Shown here: one piece after another, positions 9,957-19,974 of the stretch
How positions within the stretch are numbered: position 1 is the first letter of the stretch
Layout: every line of letters begins with the position of its first letter
NCBI GenBank assembly: GCA_947586835.1
Contig: CANPXT010000002.1
Coordinates: forward strand, 23,009 to 87,008
Direction: 5' to 3'
Source of the DNA: an uncultured Alphaproteobacteria bacterium
Lineage (GTDB): Bacteria > Pseudomonadota > Alphaproteobacteria > CAAHEQ01 > UBA3637
Length of the DNA: 64,000 nt
The notes under the pieces: generated by a model
Database searches by the model: none
Told to the model about the DNA's origin: nothing
What the model saw: the letters and a program-made list of their open reading frames with translations, nothing else
Position numbers and translations under genes: made by a program

Positions 9957-11144
9957 ATGATTATTACAACCACAAAAGAATTAAACGATGTGTGTCAACG
10001 CTTTTCAAAAAGTGATTTTATCACCGTTGATACGGAGTTTATTCGCGAACGAACATTTTATCCCGAATTATGTCTGATTCAAATTGCCACGCCGGCAGAG
10101 GCTTATTGTATCGATCCGCTCGGTGATATTCAATTAGAGCCTTTGTTTCAATTATTTCAAAATAAAAATGTCGTTAAGGTCTTTCATGCGGCACGACAAG
10201 ATATTGAAATTATTTTTCATTTAAGCGGCAAGATTCCGACACCGATTTTTGATACGCAAATCGGCGCCATGGCTTGCGGTTTCGGTGAAAACGTGAGTTA
10301 TCAGCAATTAGTGAAATCGTATTTGAAAATTGACCTGGATAAAAGCATGCGTTGCACGAACTGGATTAAACGTCCGTTAAATGAACGACAAATTCAATAC
10401 GCTTTATGTGATGTAACGCATTTATGTGTCGTTTATCAGCGCATACGAAACTTTTTAAAAGAAAATCACCGCGAATCTTGGATTCAAGAAGAACTGAATC
10501 AATTGAGCGATACAAGCCTTTATAACCCTTCTGCCGAACAATTAGCGGAAAAAGCCAAAAGTTGTAATTTGAAAGGAACGGCATTAAGCGTTTATCAAAA
10601 ACTATATATTTTTCGGGAAAATCTGGCTCGACAAAAAAACAAACCGCGGCGTCATATCATCAAAGATGAGTTGTTAACGGAACTTTCAATTACGCAACCG
10701 ACGGAACTCTCTCAAATGACGGGGTTACGCAATATAACAAACGGGTTTGAAAAATCAGAACCGGCTCGACAAATCTGTCAATTAATCGCCGAAACTTTAA
10801 CGCATAAGTCAACCTTGCCTGTTATCAAAGAAAAAACGGAACATAACTTAACTTATGCACAAAAAAACTTAATTGAAATTTTAAGACTGGCACTTCATTT
10901 AACGGCAACACAGGAACAAGTCGCCTCTTCTTTAATTGCGTCAAATATTGAGCTGGAAAACTTTGCCTGCGATCAAGATGTACCGTTTAATCACGGTTGG
11001 CGCTATCAATTATTCGGTGAAACGGCCGCACAAATAAAAAACGGGCAAGCCGGTTTATTTTTTAATCCGAAAACAAAAAAAATTCAATTTATAACACCTC
11101 AATCAACATTAAGTGATTTTTTATCCTCTTCAAGCGACAAATGA
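9957..11144 (+). CDS. rnd: ribonuclease D
   Basis: DEDD exonuclease motifs (VDTEF, HAARQDIE, YALCDV) plus an HRDC-like C-terminal region. Confidence 0.85.
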   Translation: MIITTTKELNDVCQRFSKSDFITVDTEFIRERTFYPELCLIQIATPAEAYCIDPLGDIQLEPLFQLFQNKNVVKVFHAARQDIEIIFHLSGKIPTPIFDTQIGAMACGFGENVSYQQLVKSYLKIDLDKSMRCTNWIKRPLNERQIQYALCDVTHLCVVYQRIRNFLKENHRESWIQEELNQLSDTSLYNPSAEQLAEKAKSCNLKGTALSVYQKLYIFRENLARQKNKPRRHIIKDELLTELSITQPTELSQMTGLRNITNGFEKSEPARQICQLIAETLTHKSTLPVIKEKTEHNLTYAQKNLIEILRLALHLTATQEQVASSLIASNIELENFACDQDVPFNHGWRYQLFGETAAQIKNGQAGLFFNPKTKKIQFITPQSTLSDFLSSSSDK

Positions 11145-11145
11145 T

Positions 11146-11174
11146 TTGACAAAACATTTTTTTTACGTTATACT
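11146..11174 (+). promoter_or_regulatory. sigma70-like promoter (TTGACA-17-TATACT) for the ankyrin gene
   Basis: Exact -35 at 11146-11151 and -10 at 11169-11174. Confidence 0.5.
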
Positions 11175-11220
11175 CTTATAAAAACAAAGATTTAATTTCT
11201 CAAAAAGAGGAGGTATATCG

Positions 11221-12603
11221 ATGAATCAGGGAAAAAACAATCCTTCGCTGTCACATGCCATTGCCCGCGGAAAATTGGAAGAAGTGCAGTATTTGATTCA
11301 TCACAATGACGTGAACACGCCTGATGAAAACGGCTTAACGCCTCTGATGGAAGCTGTTTATCATTCTCAAACGCCCGTCGGTCGAAAAATTTTTCATCTT
11401 ATTTTAGATCATCCCGATTTAAAAATTAATCAAACGGATGAAAACGGCTTGACGGCATTAAGCGTTGCCGTTCATGTGAATTGGGATATTGTGCCGGATT
11501 TATTAAAAAAAGGCGCTAATCCAAACGTTTATACCATGGCAAAATTACCCGGAAAATCAGAACCTTTCAGCCATGATGAAACGCCATGGCGTCAAATATC
11601 AGTATTAAGTTTTGCCGTTTGGAAAACTAATTATAAAATTGCCGTTTTGTTATTAAAACATGGGGCTGATGTCAACATGATCAGCTCACTGGATATTACG
11701 CCGCTTTCAATGGCAGCGCGAATCAATGATGATAAAATGGCAGATTACTTAATCAAAAAAGCAAATGCTCGTCTTGACACTCTCCCGACAAACTGGAGTG
11801 ATTTTACCAACAATTCACAAAAAGCGTGCCCGGTCGCATTAAGAAAAGCCCTTAAACACGGCAGTGACAAATGTGTGCAAAAATTACTGGAAGCCGGCTG
11901 TATGCTTCCCACAATCATTTATCGTTCCAATCATACTTTTGCAACACCTTTAACTTATGTATTGCAACAAATTCCGACACTTTATCAAAGATATATATAT
12001 TCTTCCGTTTTAATGAATGCGGCACCTGTCAATGATTATCTGCAAACTCTGCGTGTTTTAATGAAAGAAACGGCATATCATCCAGAAATGCAAGACTCGG
12101 AAGGCAGAACAGCTCTTTCTTACATTGCCGAAAAAGGATTAATTTCTTTTTGTGATGCAACATTAACACCGCAAACTGTTAATTTACCTGACAATAAAGG
12201 ATTAACCCCTCTTGCATATGCATTAATCAACAATCAACGGCCGGTTATTCATTATTTAATCGATCACGGTGCCAATTTAAACTGCTTGGTTCCGGATATT
12301 ACCTTATACAAAAAAATCATTCAGGATAATGAGCTGATTTACATTCCGGCCATTCAATTTGCCGTTAAAACACAAAAAACCGACATTGTGGAAAAAATGT
12401 TTGAAAAAGGGGTAAATTTATTGTGTTATCCCTCCGCTAATCAGCTGATATATGAATCTTTACACGCTCATCAGTCGGTGACTTTAACAAAAAAGCTTTT
12501 ATCGGGTTGGTATTATCAGAAAAAAACGGTTTCAACCCCTAAGCAATTAAATTTTTGGCAAAAAACAATAAAAGAACGTGTTAATCATCGAATGCGCACA
12601 TAA
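11221..12603 (+). CDS. ankyrin-repeat protein
   Basis: Repeated G(L)TPLM/A..A, LLKxGANPN and LIDHGANLN ankyrin signatures across 460 aa. GAGGAGG RBS. Confidence 0.75.
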   Translation: MNQGKNNPSLSHAIARGKLEEVQYLIHHNDVNTPDENGLTPLMEAVYHSQTPVGRKIFHLILDHPDLKINQTDENGLTALSVAVHVNWDIVPDLLKKGANPNVYTMAKLPGKSEPFSHDETPWRQISVLSFAVWKTNYKIAVLLLKHGADVNMISSLDITPLSMAARINDDKMADYLIKKANARLDTLPTNWSDFTNNSQKACPVALRKALKHGSDKCVQKLLEAGCMLPTIIYRSNHTFATPLTYVLQQIPTLYQRYIYSSVLMNAAPVNDYLQTLRVLMKETAYHPEMQDSEGRTALSYIAEKGLISFCDATLTPQTVNLPDNKGLTPLAYALINNQRPVIHYLIDHGANLNCLVPDITLYKKIIQDNELIYIPAIQFAVKTQKTDIVEKMFEKGVNLLCYPSANQLIYESLHAHQSVTLTKKLLSGWYYQKKTVSTPKQLNFWQKTIKERVNHRMRT

Positions 12604-12605
12604 AA

Positions 12606-13868
12606 TTAATCATCGACATGAATGCGCTCAATATCGGCTCCTAAGGCTTTCAATTTTTTCTCTAATTGAAAATAACCTCTGTCAATATGATAAATTCGTT
12701 TGACAATGGTTTCGCCTTTGGCGGCAAGGGCTGCCAAAACCAACCCGACACCGCCGCGTAAATCAGAAGACATAACCGTTGTACCGGAAAGTGCTTCGAC
12801 CCCGATAATTAAAACCGATTGATTGGTTAAAATCTTAACTTGCGCCCCCATTCGTTGCAATTCGGGAATATGCATAAACCGATTTTCAAAAATTCTTTCT
12901 TCCACCAAACTTTCACCTTTCGACAAAGTCAAAACAGAAGTTAATAAAGCTTGAGCATCTGTCGGAAAACCCGGATATTCGCATGTTGTAATCGGTGTAG
13001 CCGTTAAAGACGCATGGGAAGCATCAACCCATAAATCATCGCCTCTTTGTTCAAAAATAACACCGCTGATTCGTAATGCATCGGCAACAGCATTCATTAA
13101 ATTTAAGTTTGTTTTTTTCATTAAAATTTGACCGTGTGTTAAAGCAGCGGCAGCGGCAAATGTTGCCGTTTCAATTCTGTCGGGCACAATTTCGTGCGTG
13201 CAACCGTGTAATTTTTCAACGCCGTGAACGGTTAAAACTTTTGTGCCGATTCCCTCAATTTTCGCCCCCATTTTAACCAATACGTTTAATAAATCAATCA
13301 CTTCCGGTTCTAATGCCGGATTATGAATAATTGTTGTTCCTTCCGCCAAAACGGCTGACATAACCGTATTATGCGTTGCGCCGACCGATACACGCGGAAA
13401 AAATATTTCACATCCGTGCAATCGTCCTTTGGCTTTCACATAGCCGTTTTCAACTTTAATATCGGCACCCATTTCCCGTAAGGCCACCAAATATAAATCA
13501 ACGGGACGCGTTCCGATGGCACAACCGCCGGGCAAAGAAACTTCCGCCTGATGAAAACGCGCCAATAAAGGCCCCAATACCCAAAACGAACCGCGCATTT
13601 TTGACACAAACTCATAATCGGCGTGGGTGGAAGAAACGGCGTTTGCCCGTAAAATCAGCTTATTCGGCAGCGCTTCGATTTTCATACCCAAACTTTCCAA
13701 TAATTGCGATAACACTTTCACATCGGATAAATAAGAAATGTTTGTTAATTCAATCGGTTCATCTGTTAAAAGCGCTGCTGCCATAATCGGCAAGACGGCA
13801 TTTTTTGCACCTTGGATTTGAACACTGCCCTTTAAAGTTTTCTGTCCGATAATTTTATAAGCATACAT
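12606..13868 (-). CDS. murA: UDP-N-acetylglucosamine 1-carboxyvinyltransferase
   Basis: GAKNAVLPIMAAALL, LPGGCAIGTRPVDL and PGFPTD motifs. ATG at 13868 with AGGAGA RBS; the track's 5' extension to 13967 is rejected. Confidence 0.95.
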   Translation of the reverse strand: MYAYKIIGQKTLKGSVQIQGAKNAVLPIMAAALLTDEPIELTNISYLSDVKVLSQLLESLGMKIEALPNKLILRANAVSSTHADYEFVSKMRGSFWVLGPLLARFHQAEVSLPGGCAIGTRPVDLYLVALREMGADIKVENGYVKAKGRLHGCEIFFPRVSVGATHNTVMSAVLAEGTTIIHNPALEPEVIDLLNVLVKMGAKIEGIGTKVLTVHGVEKLHGCTHEIVPDRIETATFAAAAALTHGQILMKKTNLNLMNAVADALRISGVIFEQRGDDLWVDASHASLTATPITTCEYPGFPTDAQALLTSVLTLSKGESLVEERIFENRFMHIPELQRMGAQVKILTNQSVLIIGVEALSGTTVMSSDLRGGVGLVLAALAAKGETIVKRIYHIDRGYFQLEKKLKALGADIERIHVDD

Positions 13869-13878
13869 AACTTTTCTC

Positions 13879-14061
13879 CTAATTTTCAGATGACTTTTTT
13901 CTGTTTTCTTGCATTTGTTTTTTTCGAAGCAACAAATTTTTTTGAAGTGCCCGCGCCTGTGCCGCAAACGTTTGCGCTTTTTTTTCGCTCAAATGATGAC
14001 ATTCTTTTGCCTGCGCTGCCAATTTTTCAAAACTTTCTTGTTCTGCTTGATTTTCATTCAT
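13879..14061 (-). CDS. small coiled-coil hypothetical protein
   Basis: 60-aa ORF from ATG at 14061, immediately after the dtd stop. Charged, helical. No motif recognised. Confidence 0.35.
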   Translation of the reverse strand: MNENQAEQESFEKLAAQAKECHHLSEKKAQTFAAQARALQKNLLLRKKQMQENRKKSSEN

Positions 14062-14062
14062 T

Positions 14063-14500
14063 TTAACTCTCCAAAATAAAAGTTGCCGGTCCGTCATTTT
14101 CAATATGAACTGTCATATCGGCCCCGAAAACACCCGTTTCGACGGGAACATGCCAAGATTGAACCGCTTCAACAAACTGTTGAAATAACTGCGCTGCTTT
14201 TTGCGGACTGCCCGCTCCCGTAAATGATGGTCGACGACCGCTGCGACAATCGGCCAATAAAGTAAATTGCGATACAATGAGTGCTGATCCCTCAATATCA
14301 ATCAGCGATTTGTTCATTCTACCGTTTTCATCTTCAAACACCCGTAACTGCACCGCTTTTTGTGCCATTTTTTGTATGATTTCATCGGTATCGGTTTCTT
14401 GCATACCGGCTAAAATACAAAAACCTTTTGCGCATTTTCCCACACACTTTTGCCCAACAAAAACGGTAGCTTTATTGACACGTTGCAAAACCAATTTCAT
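14063..14500 (-). CDS. dtd: D-aminoacyl-tRNA deacylase
   Basis: MKLVLQRV... and SQFTLLADCRSGRRPSF are typical of Dtd. 145 aa. Confidence 0.9.
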   Translation of the reverse strand: MKLVLQRVNKATVFVGQKCVGKCAKGFCILAGMQETDTDEIIQKMAQKAVQLRVFEDENGRMNKSLIDIEGSALIVSQFTLLADCRSGRRPSFTGAGSPQKAAQLFQQFVEAVQSWHVPVETGVFGADMTVHIENDGPATFILES

Positions 14501-14501
14501 T

Positions 14502-15134
14502 TTATTCCTTTATCTGAATGCAGCTGAATTGCCGAGCCGGATTTAACGGTTCTCTTCTGTAACTGTTATACGAAAAATCGGTATATGTGTCAATTAAAAC
14601 CGAATCAATTTCCTTTAACCCGATTCGCTTTAAACGATGAATCACATATGCATGGAAGTCAAACAAAAAGTGTGTATCATCCGTTTGCTCAAAAAAGTCT
14701 GCTTCCGTTTTTGGAAACAAAGCATACATATTTCGATCGATTTCAAAACTTTTTTTCTGCAGATGCGGACCGACAGCCGCCACCGTTGTTTTAATTGACG
14801 CCCCTTTGGCAACCATTTGTAACACCGTATTTTCCAAAATTCCCTGAAATGCCCCTTTCCAACCGGCATGAACGGCGGCAATCATTCGGCTTTTGACATC
14901 AACCAACAAAACCGGAGCGCAATCTGCCGTTTTAACCGTTAAATTCAATTGCGGTGTTTGTGTGATTAAAGCATCTGACGCAGGTGCTCGGGTCGGTTTT
15001 TTCGTTAAAAAAAGAAAATCAACCGAATGCACCTGATTCATTAAAATCGGATCGGAAACCGTTCGGGAATCTTCTTTGTCATAAAACCCGTGATCAATAA
15101 AATCAATTTGAGTGAGGAGTTCTGATTTTTCCAT
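14502..15134 (-). CDS. pgeF: YfiH/PgeF laccase-domain (DUF152) protein
   Basis: QVHS, TADCAPVLL and HAGWKG motifs. ATG at 15134 with AAGGAA RBS. Confidence 0.8.
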   Translation of the reverse strand: MEKSELLTQIDFIDHGFYDKEDSRTVSDPILMNQVHSVDFLFLTKKPTRAPASDALITQTPQLNLTVKTADCAPVLLVDVKSRMIAAVHAGWKGAFQGILENTVLQMVAKGASIKTTVAAVGPHLQKKSFEIDRNMYALFPKTEADFFEQTDDTHFLFDFHAYVIHRLKRIGLKEIDSVLIDTYTDFSYNSYRREPLNPARQFSCIQIKE

Positions 15135-15669
15135 ATTTTTCCTTTCGTTTTTGACGCATTTTTTCAAACCGTATTGTTAAATAATACCCTAAAATATAAC
15201 CGACAATTACAAACGGGACGCATCCGATAAACAGTGAAATTCCCCAATCATTCAAAAACAAGTGAAAAAAAGCATTTGTTTTTTCCGTCAAAGAAGCTTC
15301 CTTTAAAAAAACATCTTCCATTAAAACGGAAATTGAATGAAAGCCGCTGATATGACTCCACCGACCGCGTAAAATTTGCCCCGTTACATAAAAAATATAA
15401 TAAATCGGAAGCATGGTAAAAACATTTGTCACCCAAGTCCAAGCCAAGGCCAGCGGCAACGAAAACGACCACTTTAATTTTTTTGCCAAACTCCATGTAA
15501 TCAATACGGTTACCATTTGAATGCCGACAAGCGGCGTCAATGCCCAAGCCAAACCGACAGCCACTCCGCGCGCTTTATATTCGGGCGATGTTTTTGAACG
15601 CAAAAGCGGATAAAGCAACTTGCGGCGAATTAAACTTTTTACAACATTTAAAAAACCTGTAAAAATCAT
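15103..15669 (-). CDS. DUF2062 family membrane protein
   Basis: SPEYKARGVAVGLAWALTPLVGIQM motif and multiple TM helices. Confidence 0.65.
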   Translation of the reverse strand: MIFTGFLNVVKSLIRRKLLYPLLRSKTSPEYKARGVAVGLAWALTPLVGIQMVTVLITWSLAKKLKWSFSLPLALAWTWVTNVFTMLPIYYIFYVTGQILRGRWSHISGFHSISVLMEDVFLKEASLTEKTNAFFHLFLNDWGISLFIGCVPFVIVGYILGYYLTIRFEKMRQKRKEKYGKIRTPHSN

Positions 15670-16509
15670 TTATTTTCTTTCATTGTTTTTAACGATTATT
15701 TTTTCCAACTTCCTTCCCGGAGCACTTAAATATATAAACCACAAACCGCATAATGCCATAGGAATACTTAAAATTTGCCCCATCGAAAACGTATAAAAAA
15801 CAAACCCCAAATGTGCATCGGGCTCACGCGTAAATTCAATACCGAAACGAAACACGGCATACAAAATTAAAAACAATCCGAACAAAAAACCTTGTCGATT
15901 TCTCAATCGCGGAGAAAACCACCAAAGCGCATTTAATACGGCAAATAAAACAATACCTTCCAAGAAAGCTTCATATAATTGTGAGGGATGCCGCGGCAAC
16001 GGTCCGCCGTTCGGAAAAATCATGGCCCATGGAACCGATTGAGTTACTCGTCCGAACAATTCGGCATTAGCAAAATTGGCAAGTCTGCCGAAAAACAACC
16101 CGATCGGCGCTACACATACCAAAATATCCCCCATAGCCAAAGGAGAGATGTTTTTTAAGCGTGAAAACAAAAGCGTTGCAACAATCACGCCGATTAACCC
16201 GCCGTGAAAAGACATACCGCCTTGCCATACGGCAAAAATCTGCAACGGATTTTCCAAAAAATAATGAATATTATAAAAAAGAACGTATCCCAACCGTCCG
16301 CCCAGTACAATGCCGGCCGTTGCCCAAATTAAAAAGTCATCGATTTTTAAAACCGTAAAAACACTTTTTGAATAACGCGACATTTGACGCGCCAACAACC
16401 ACGCCCCGATAATACCAAAAATATAAGCCAACGAATACCAACGAACGGCAAAAATTCCCAAATGAACGGCAATCGGATCTATTGTCGGGAATAAAAGACC
16501 GGAATACAT
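15670..16509 (-). CDS. lgt: prolipoprotein diacylglyceryl transferase
   Basis: VRWYSLAYI, GGRLGYV, GGMSFHGG and FGRLANF motifs. Confidence 0.9.
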   Translation of the reverse strand: MYSGLLFPTIDPIAVHLGIFAVRWYSLAYIFGIIGAWLLARQMSRYSKSVFTVLKIDDFLIWATAGIVLGGRLGYVLFYNIHYFLENPLQIFAVWQGGMSFHGGLIGVIVATLLFSRLKNISPLAMGDILVCVAPIGLFFGRLANFANAELFGRVTQSVPWAMIFPNGGPLPRHPSQLYEAFLEGIVLFAVLNALWWFSPRLRNRQGFLFGLFLILYAVFRFGIEFTREPDAHLGFVFYTFSMGQILSIPMALCGLWFIYLSAPGRKLEKIIVKNNERK

Positions 16510-16548
16510 TTTTTCACTCCTTTTCCATAAACAAACCCGTCTTGAACA

Positions 16549-19500
16549 TTATACTTCTCGCATTTCAATCAACCCGGGCAGATGTTGTAATGCCTCAATC
16601 ATTTGCGGTGTAAACAAATAACCGTTCGGCAAAGCAATTTCAACCTCATATGAACGGACGGGGATTGTTAAAAATATTTTACCCTGTCCGGCGGGCACAT
16701 CGACCAACACGCGATGGATATTTTGAATAACGTTAATATCGTCAACCTTAATCAACAGTGTCGAAACCGTACGTGAAACAACATCAGACAAATATTCAAC
16801 CGATTGAACGGTTAAGCGCAGCTGATCATCATCAGCTCTCTTACTTGCCGCAACGGAAAGTAACAACGGTGCACCGGATTTGAGTTTTTCCCGATTGGCA
16901 GCCAAAACTTCCGAAAAGCATACCGCTTCAACGGTTCCGTGTTTATCATTAGCGGAAATAAACGCATATTTTGTTCCTTTTGCGCTAATACGTTCCCGCA
17001 CATCCGAAACAATGACCGCAACTTGAATGTGCGACGGTCCGGCAATTTCAACCGTTTCTTTAATTTCCGAACTCGGCACCACCCGTAAACGCTCTAACAC
17101 CGTATCAAACGAATCTAACGGATGCGCCGACAAATAAAACCCGATGGCTTGTGCCTCTTTTTCCAACTTTTCCATATTCGGCCAATCCGGCACTTCCCGA
17201 AGTTTTAAGCCGTTTGCGACTTGATCGGTCAATCCGAACAAACTGATTTGCGCACTTTTTTTACTTTGCGTGGCATTCAAGGCAAAAGCCAACAAATTAT
17301 CGATATTTTCGAAGACTTTGGCTCGATTTTTATCCAAACAATCAAATGCACCGGCTTTTACCAAATTTTCCACATACCGACGATTGAGTGCCGATACATC
17401 AACCCGTGTAAAGAAATCTTTTAACGATTTATACGAGCCGTTTGCCTGACGCTCCGCCACAAGTTGCATCATACCCCCTTCCCCCACATTTTTAACAGCG
17501 GAAAGTGCATAACGAACTTTTTGATTTTCCACACTGAAATTTACTTCCGATTGATTAATGTCCGGCGGTAAAATTTCGATATTCATTTGCTTTAAATCAT
17601 CTTTAAAAAATGCTAATTTATCCGTATTGGTTTTATCAAGTGTCATGGTTGCCGCCATAAATTCAACCGGATAATGGGCTTTTAAATAAGCGGTTTGATA
17701 AGCAATAAACGCATATGCCGCCGCATGGGATTTATTAAAGCCGTATTCGGCAAACTTGGCCATTTTATCAAAAACTTTTTCGGCAACGGCGGTTTCAATA
17801 TGATTTTTAACCGCTCCTTCAATAAAAACGGATCGTTGTCTTTCCATTTCGGATACAATTTTTTTACCCATTGCCCGACGTAATAAATCGGCTCCGCCCA
17901 AAGTATAACCTGCCATAATTTGAGAAATTTGCATCACCTGTTCCTGATAAATCATAATACCGTATGTTTCTTTTAAAACGCCCTCCAAACAGGGATGCAT
18001 ATAATCGGGCTCTTTTTCGCCTTTTTTACAGGCAATATAATCGGGAATACTATCCATCGGTCCCGGACGATACAAAGAAACCAACGCAACAATATCTTCA
18101 ATTTTATCGGGCTGTAAATCGTGCAGAATTTGCTTCATACCCGTACTTTCAAGCTGGAACACGCCCGTTGTGTTGCCAGATTTCAACAAATCATATGTTT
18201 CTTTATCATCCAACGGCAAATCATTCACATCAAAATCTTCGCCACCGCCTTTACGAATTAGCTCCATCGTTTTTTCAATGGTTGTTAATGTTTTTAAGCC
18301 CAAAAAGTCAAACTTAATCAAGCTGGCATCTTCCACAAAGTGCTTATCATATTGCGTAATAGGCATATCGGAAGAAGGATCTTTATATAGCGGAACGATC
18401 TGTTCCAACGGCTTATTGCCGATAACAACACCTGCCGCATGCATTGATACGTTTCGATACAGTCCTTCCAATTTTAACGCGATTTGCAATAAATGTGCAA
18501 TCGTTTCATCTTTATCGGCCTCTCTTTGAATTTCAGGCTCCGTTTCCAATGCCTCTTTTAAGGTAATTCCTAATTTATTGGGAACCAGTTTTGATAATTT
18601 ATCCGCCACCGAGTAGGGAACCTGCAACACGCGCGCAACATCCTTAATGACCGCTTTTGCCTGTAATTGCCCTAATGCCAAAATCTGCGCCACATGATCG
18701 GCGCCGTATTTTTGTTTAACGTATTCAATGGTTTTATAGCGATTTTCCTGACAAAAATCAACATCAAAATCAGGCATAGACACCCGCTCCGGATTTAAAA
18801 ACCGTTCAAACAACAAATTAAAACGTAATGGATCAATATTTGTAATGGTTAAACACCATGCCACAACCGAACCGGCACCCGATCCTCGCCCCGGGCCGAC
18901 CGGAACGCCGTTTGCTTTGGACCATTGAATAAAATCAGCCACAATAAGAAAGTAACCGGCAAACCCCATGGTTTGAATCACGCTTAATTCATACAACAAT
19001 CGTTCATGATAACGTTTTTTATCTTCTTCGGAACGATTTTGCATACGTTTTTGAAAACCGACTTCCGCCATTTCCCGCAACACTTCGTCTTCCGTTTTTC
19101 CCTTGCAATCATAATTCGGAAAAGCCGGTTTTTTCTTACCTGCCAAAAAATAACATCGTTTGGCAATTTGCACCGTATTTTGAACAGCTTCGGGCAAATC
19201 GGCAAACAAAGCCGTCATATCTTCGGGCGATTTTAAATAATGTTCGGGCGTTACCCGCCGTCTGTTCGATTCCGCCACAAACGTTTTATCGGCAATACAC
19301 AACAAAGCATCCTGCGCTTCATACATATCGGGCGAAACAAAATAAACCTCATTTGTTGCCACAAGCGGCACATTATATTGATAAGCCAGCGTCAAAAATG
19401 TCGGTTCCGTTTGCTGTTCTTCTTCCAAGCCGTGGCGTTGCAATTCCATATAAAAACGATTGGGATAAGCTCGCATGATTTGTTGTAACAATTCTTCGGC

Positions 19501-19974
19501 AAAAGTTTTATTTTTATGAAGAATCGGACGTCCCAAAATGCCCTTTGCACCACCGGATAACAAAATCAATCCCTCCGAATGTGCCAACAATTCCTCAAAC
19601 TTTAAATGCGGTAATTCTTCGCGCCCCTCCCCCATATAAAACGCGCGCATCATCAGCAACAAATTTTGGTACCCTGTTTCATTTTGTACCAATAAAACCA
19701 CTTCATCGAATGTTGGCTTTTCTTCCTGAAACATATTGTGCGTTTGTATCGGTGATTTAACGCTGAACTGGCAACCCAATATCGGCTGTACACCGACTTT
19801 AACACATTCTGCCGCAAAATCCATGGCACCGAAAATATTATTCGTATCCGTCATGGCAACGGCCGGAATTTGCGCTTGCGCCGTCACATTTGCCAATTCC
19901 TTAACCTTAACGGCGCCCTCCAACACCGAATAAGCCGTATGCACCCGCAAATGAATAAACGTCGGCTCCGTCAT
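16549..19974 (-). CDS. dnaE: DNA polymerase III alpha subunit
   Basis: 1141 aa. PHP domain start FIHLRVHTAYS, then PDFDVDF, LKFDFLGL and GFNKSHAAAY motifs. Confidence 0.95.
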   Translation of the reverse strand: MTEPTFIHLRVHTAYSVLEGAVKVKELANVTAQAQIPAVAMTDTNNIFGAMDFAAECVKVGVQPILGCQFSVKSPIQTHNMFQEEKPTFDEVVLLVQNETGYQNLLLMMRAFYMGEGREELPHLKFEELLAHSEGLILLSGGAKGILGRPILHKNKTFAEELLQQIMRAYPNRFYMELQRHGLEEEQQTEPTFLTLAYQYNVPLVATNEVYFVSPDMYEAQDALLCIADKTFVAESNRRRVTPEHYLKSPEDMTALFADLPEAVQNTVQIAKRCYFLAGKKKPAFPNYDCKGKTEDEVLREMAEVGFQKRMQNRSEEDKKRYHERLLYELSVIQTMGFAGYFLIVADFIQWSKANGVPVGPGRGSGAGSVVAWCLTITNIDPLRFNLLFERFLNPERVSMPDFDVDFCQENRYKTIEYVKQKYGADHVAQILALGQLQAKAVIKDVARVLQVPYSVADKLSKLVPNKLGITLKEALETEPEIQREADKDETIAHLLQIALKLEGLYRNVSMHAAGVVIGNKPLEQIVPLYKDPSSDMPITQYDKHFVEDASLIKFDFLGLKTLTTIEKTMELIRKGGGEDFDVNDLPLDDKETYDLLKSGNTTGVFQLESTGMKQILHDLQPDKIEDIVALVSLYRPGPMDSIPDYIACKKGEKEPDYMHPCLEGVLKETYGIMIYQEQVMQISQIMAGYTLGGADLLRRAMGKKIVSEMERQRSVFIEGAVKNHIETAVAEKVFDKMAKFAEYGFNKSHAAAYAFIAYQTAYLKAHYPVEFMAATMTLDKTNTDKLAFFKDDLKQMNIEILPPDINQSEVNFSVENQKVRYALSAVKNVGEGGMMQLVAERQANGSYKSLKDFFTRVDVSALNRRYVENLVKAGAFDCLDKNRAKVFENIDNLLAFALNATQSKKSAQISLFGLTDQVANGLKLREVPDWPNMEKLEKEAQAIGFYLSAHPLDSFDTVLERLRVVPSSEIKETVEIAGPSHIQVAVIVSDVRERISAKGTKYAFISANDKHGTVEAVCFSEVLAANREKLKSGAPLLLSVAASKRADDDQLRLTVQSVEYLSDVVSRTVSTLLIKVDDINVIQNIHRVLVDVPAGQGKIFLTIPVRSYEVEIALPNGYLFTPQMIEALQHLPGLIEMREV

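Noticed and set aside
13869-14103. 5' extensions of murA (to 13967) and of the small ORF (to 14103).
   Set aside because: The extensions overlap neighbouring genes. Internal ATGs with good RBS or tight coupling (13868; 14061) give canonical N-termini.
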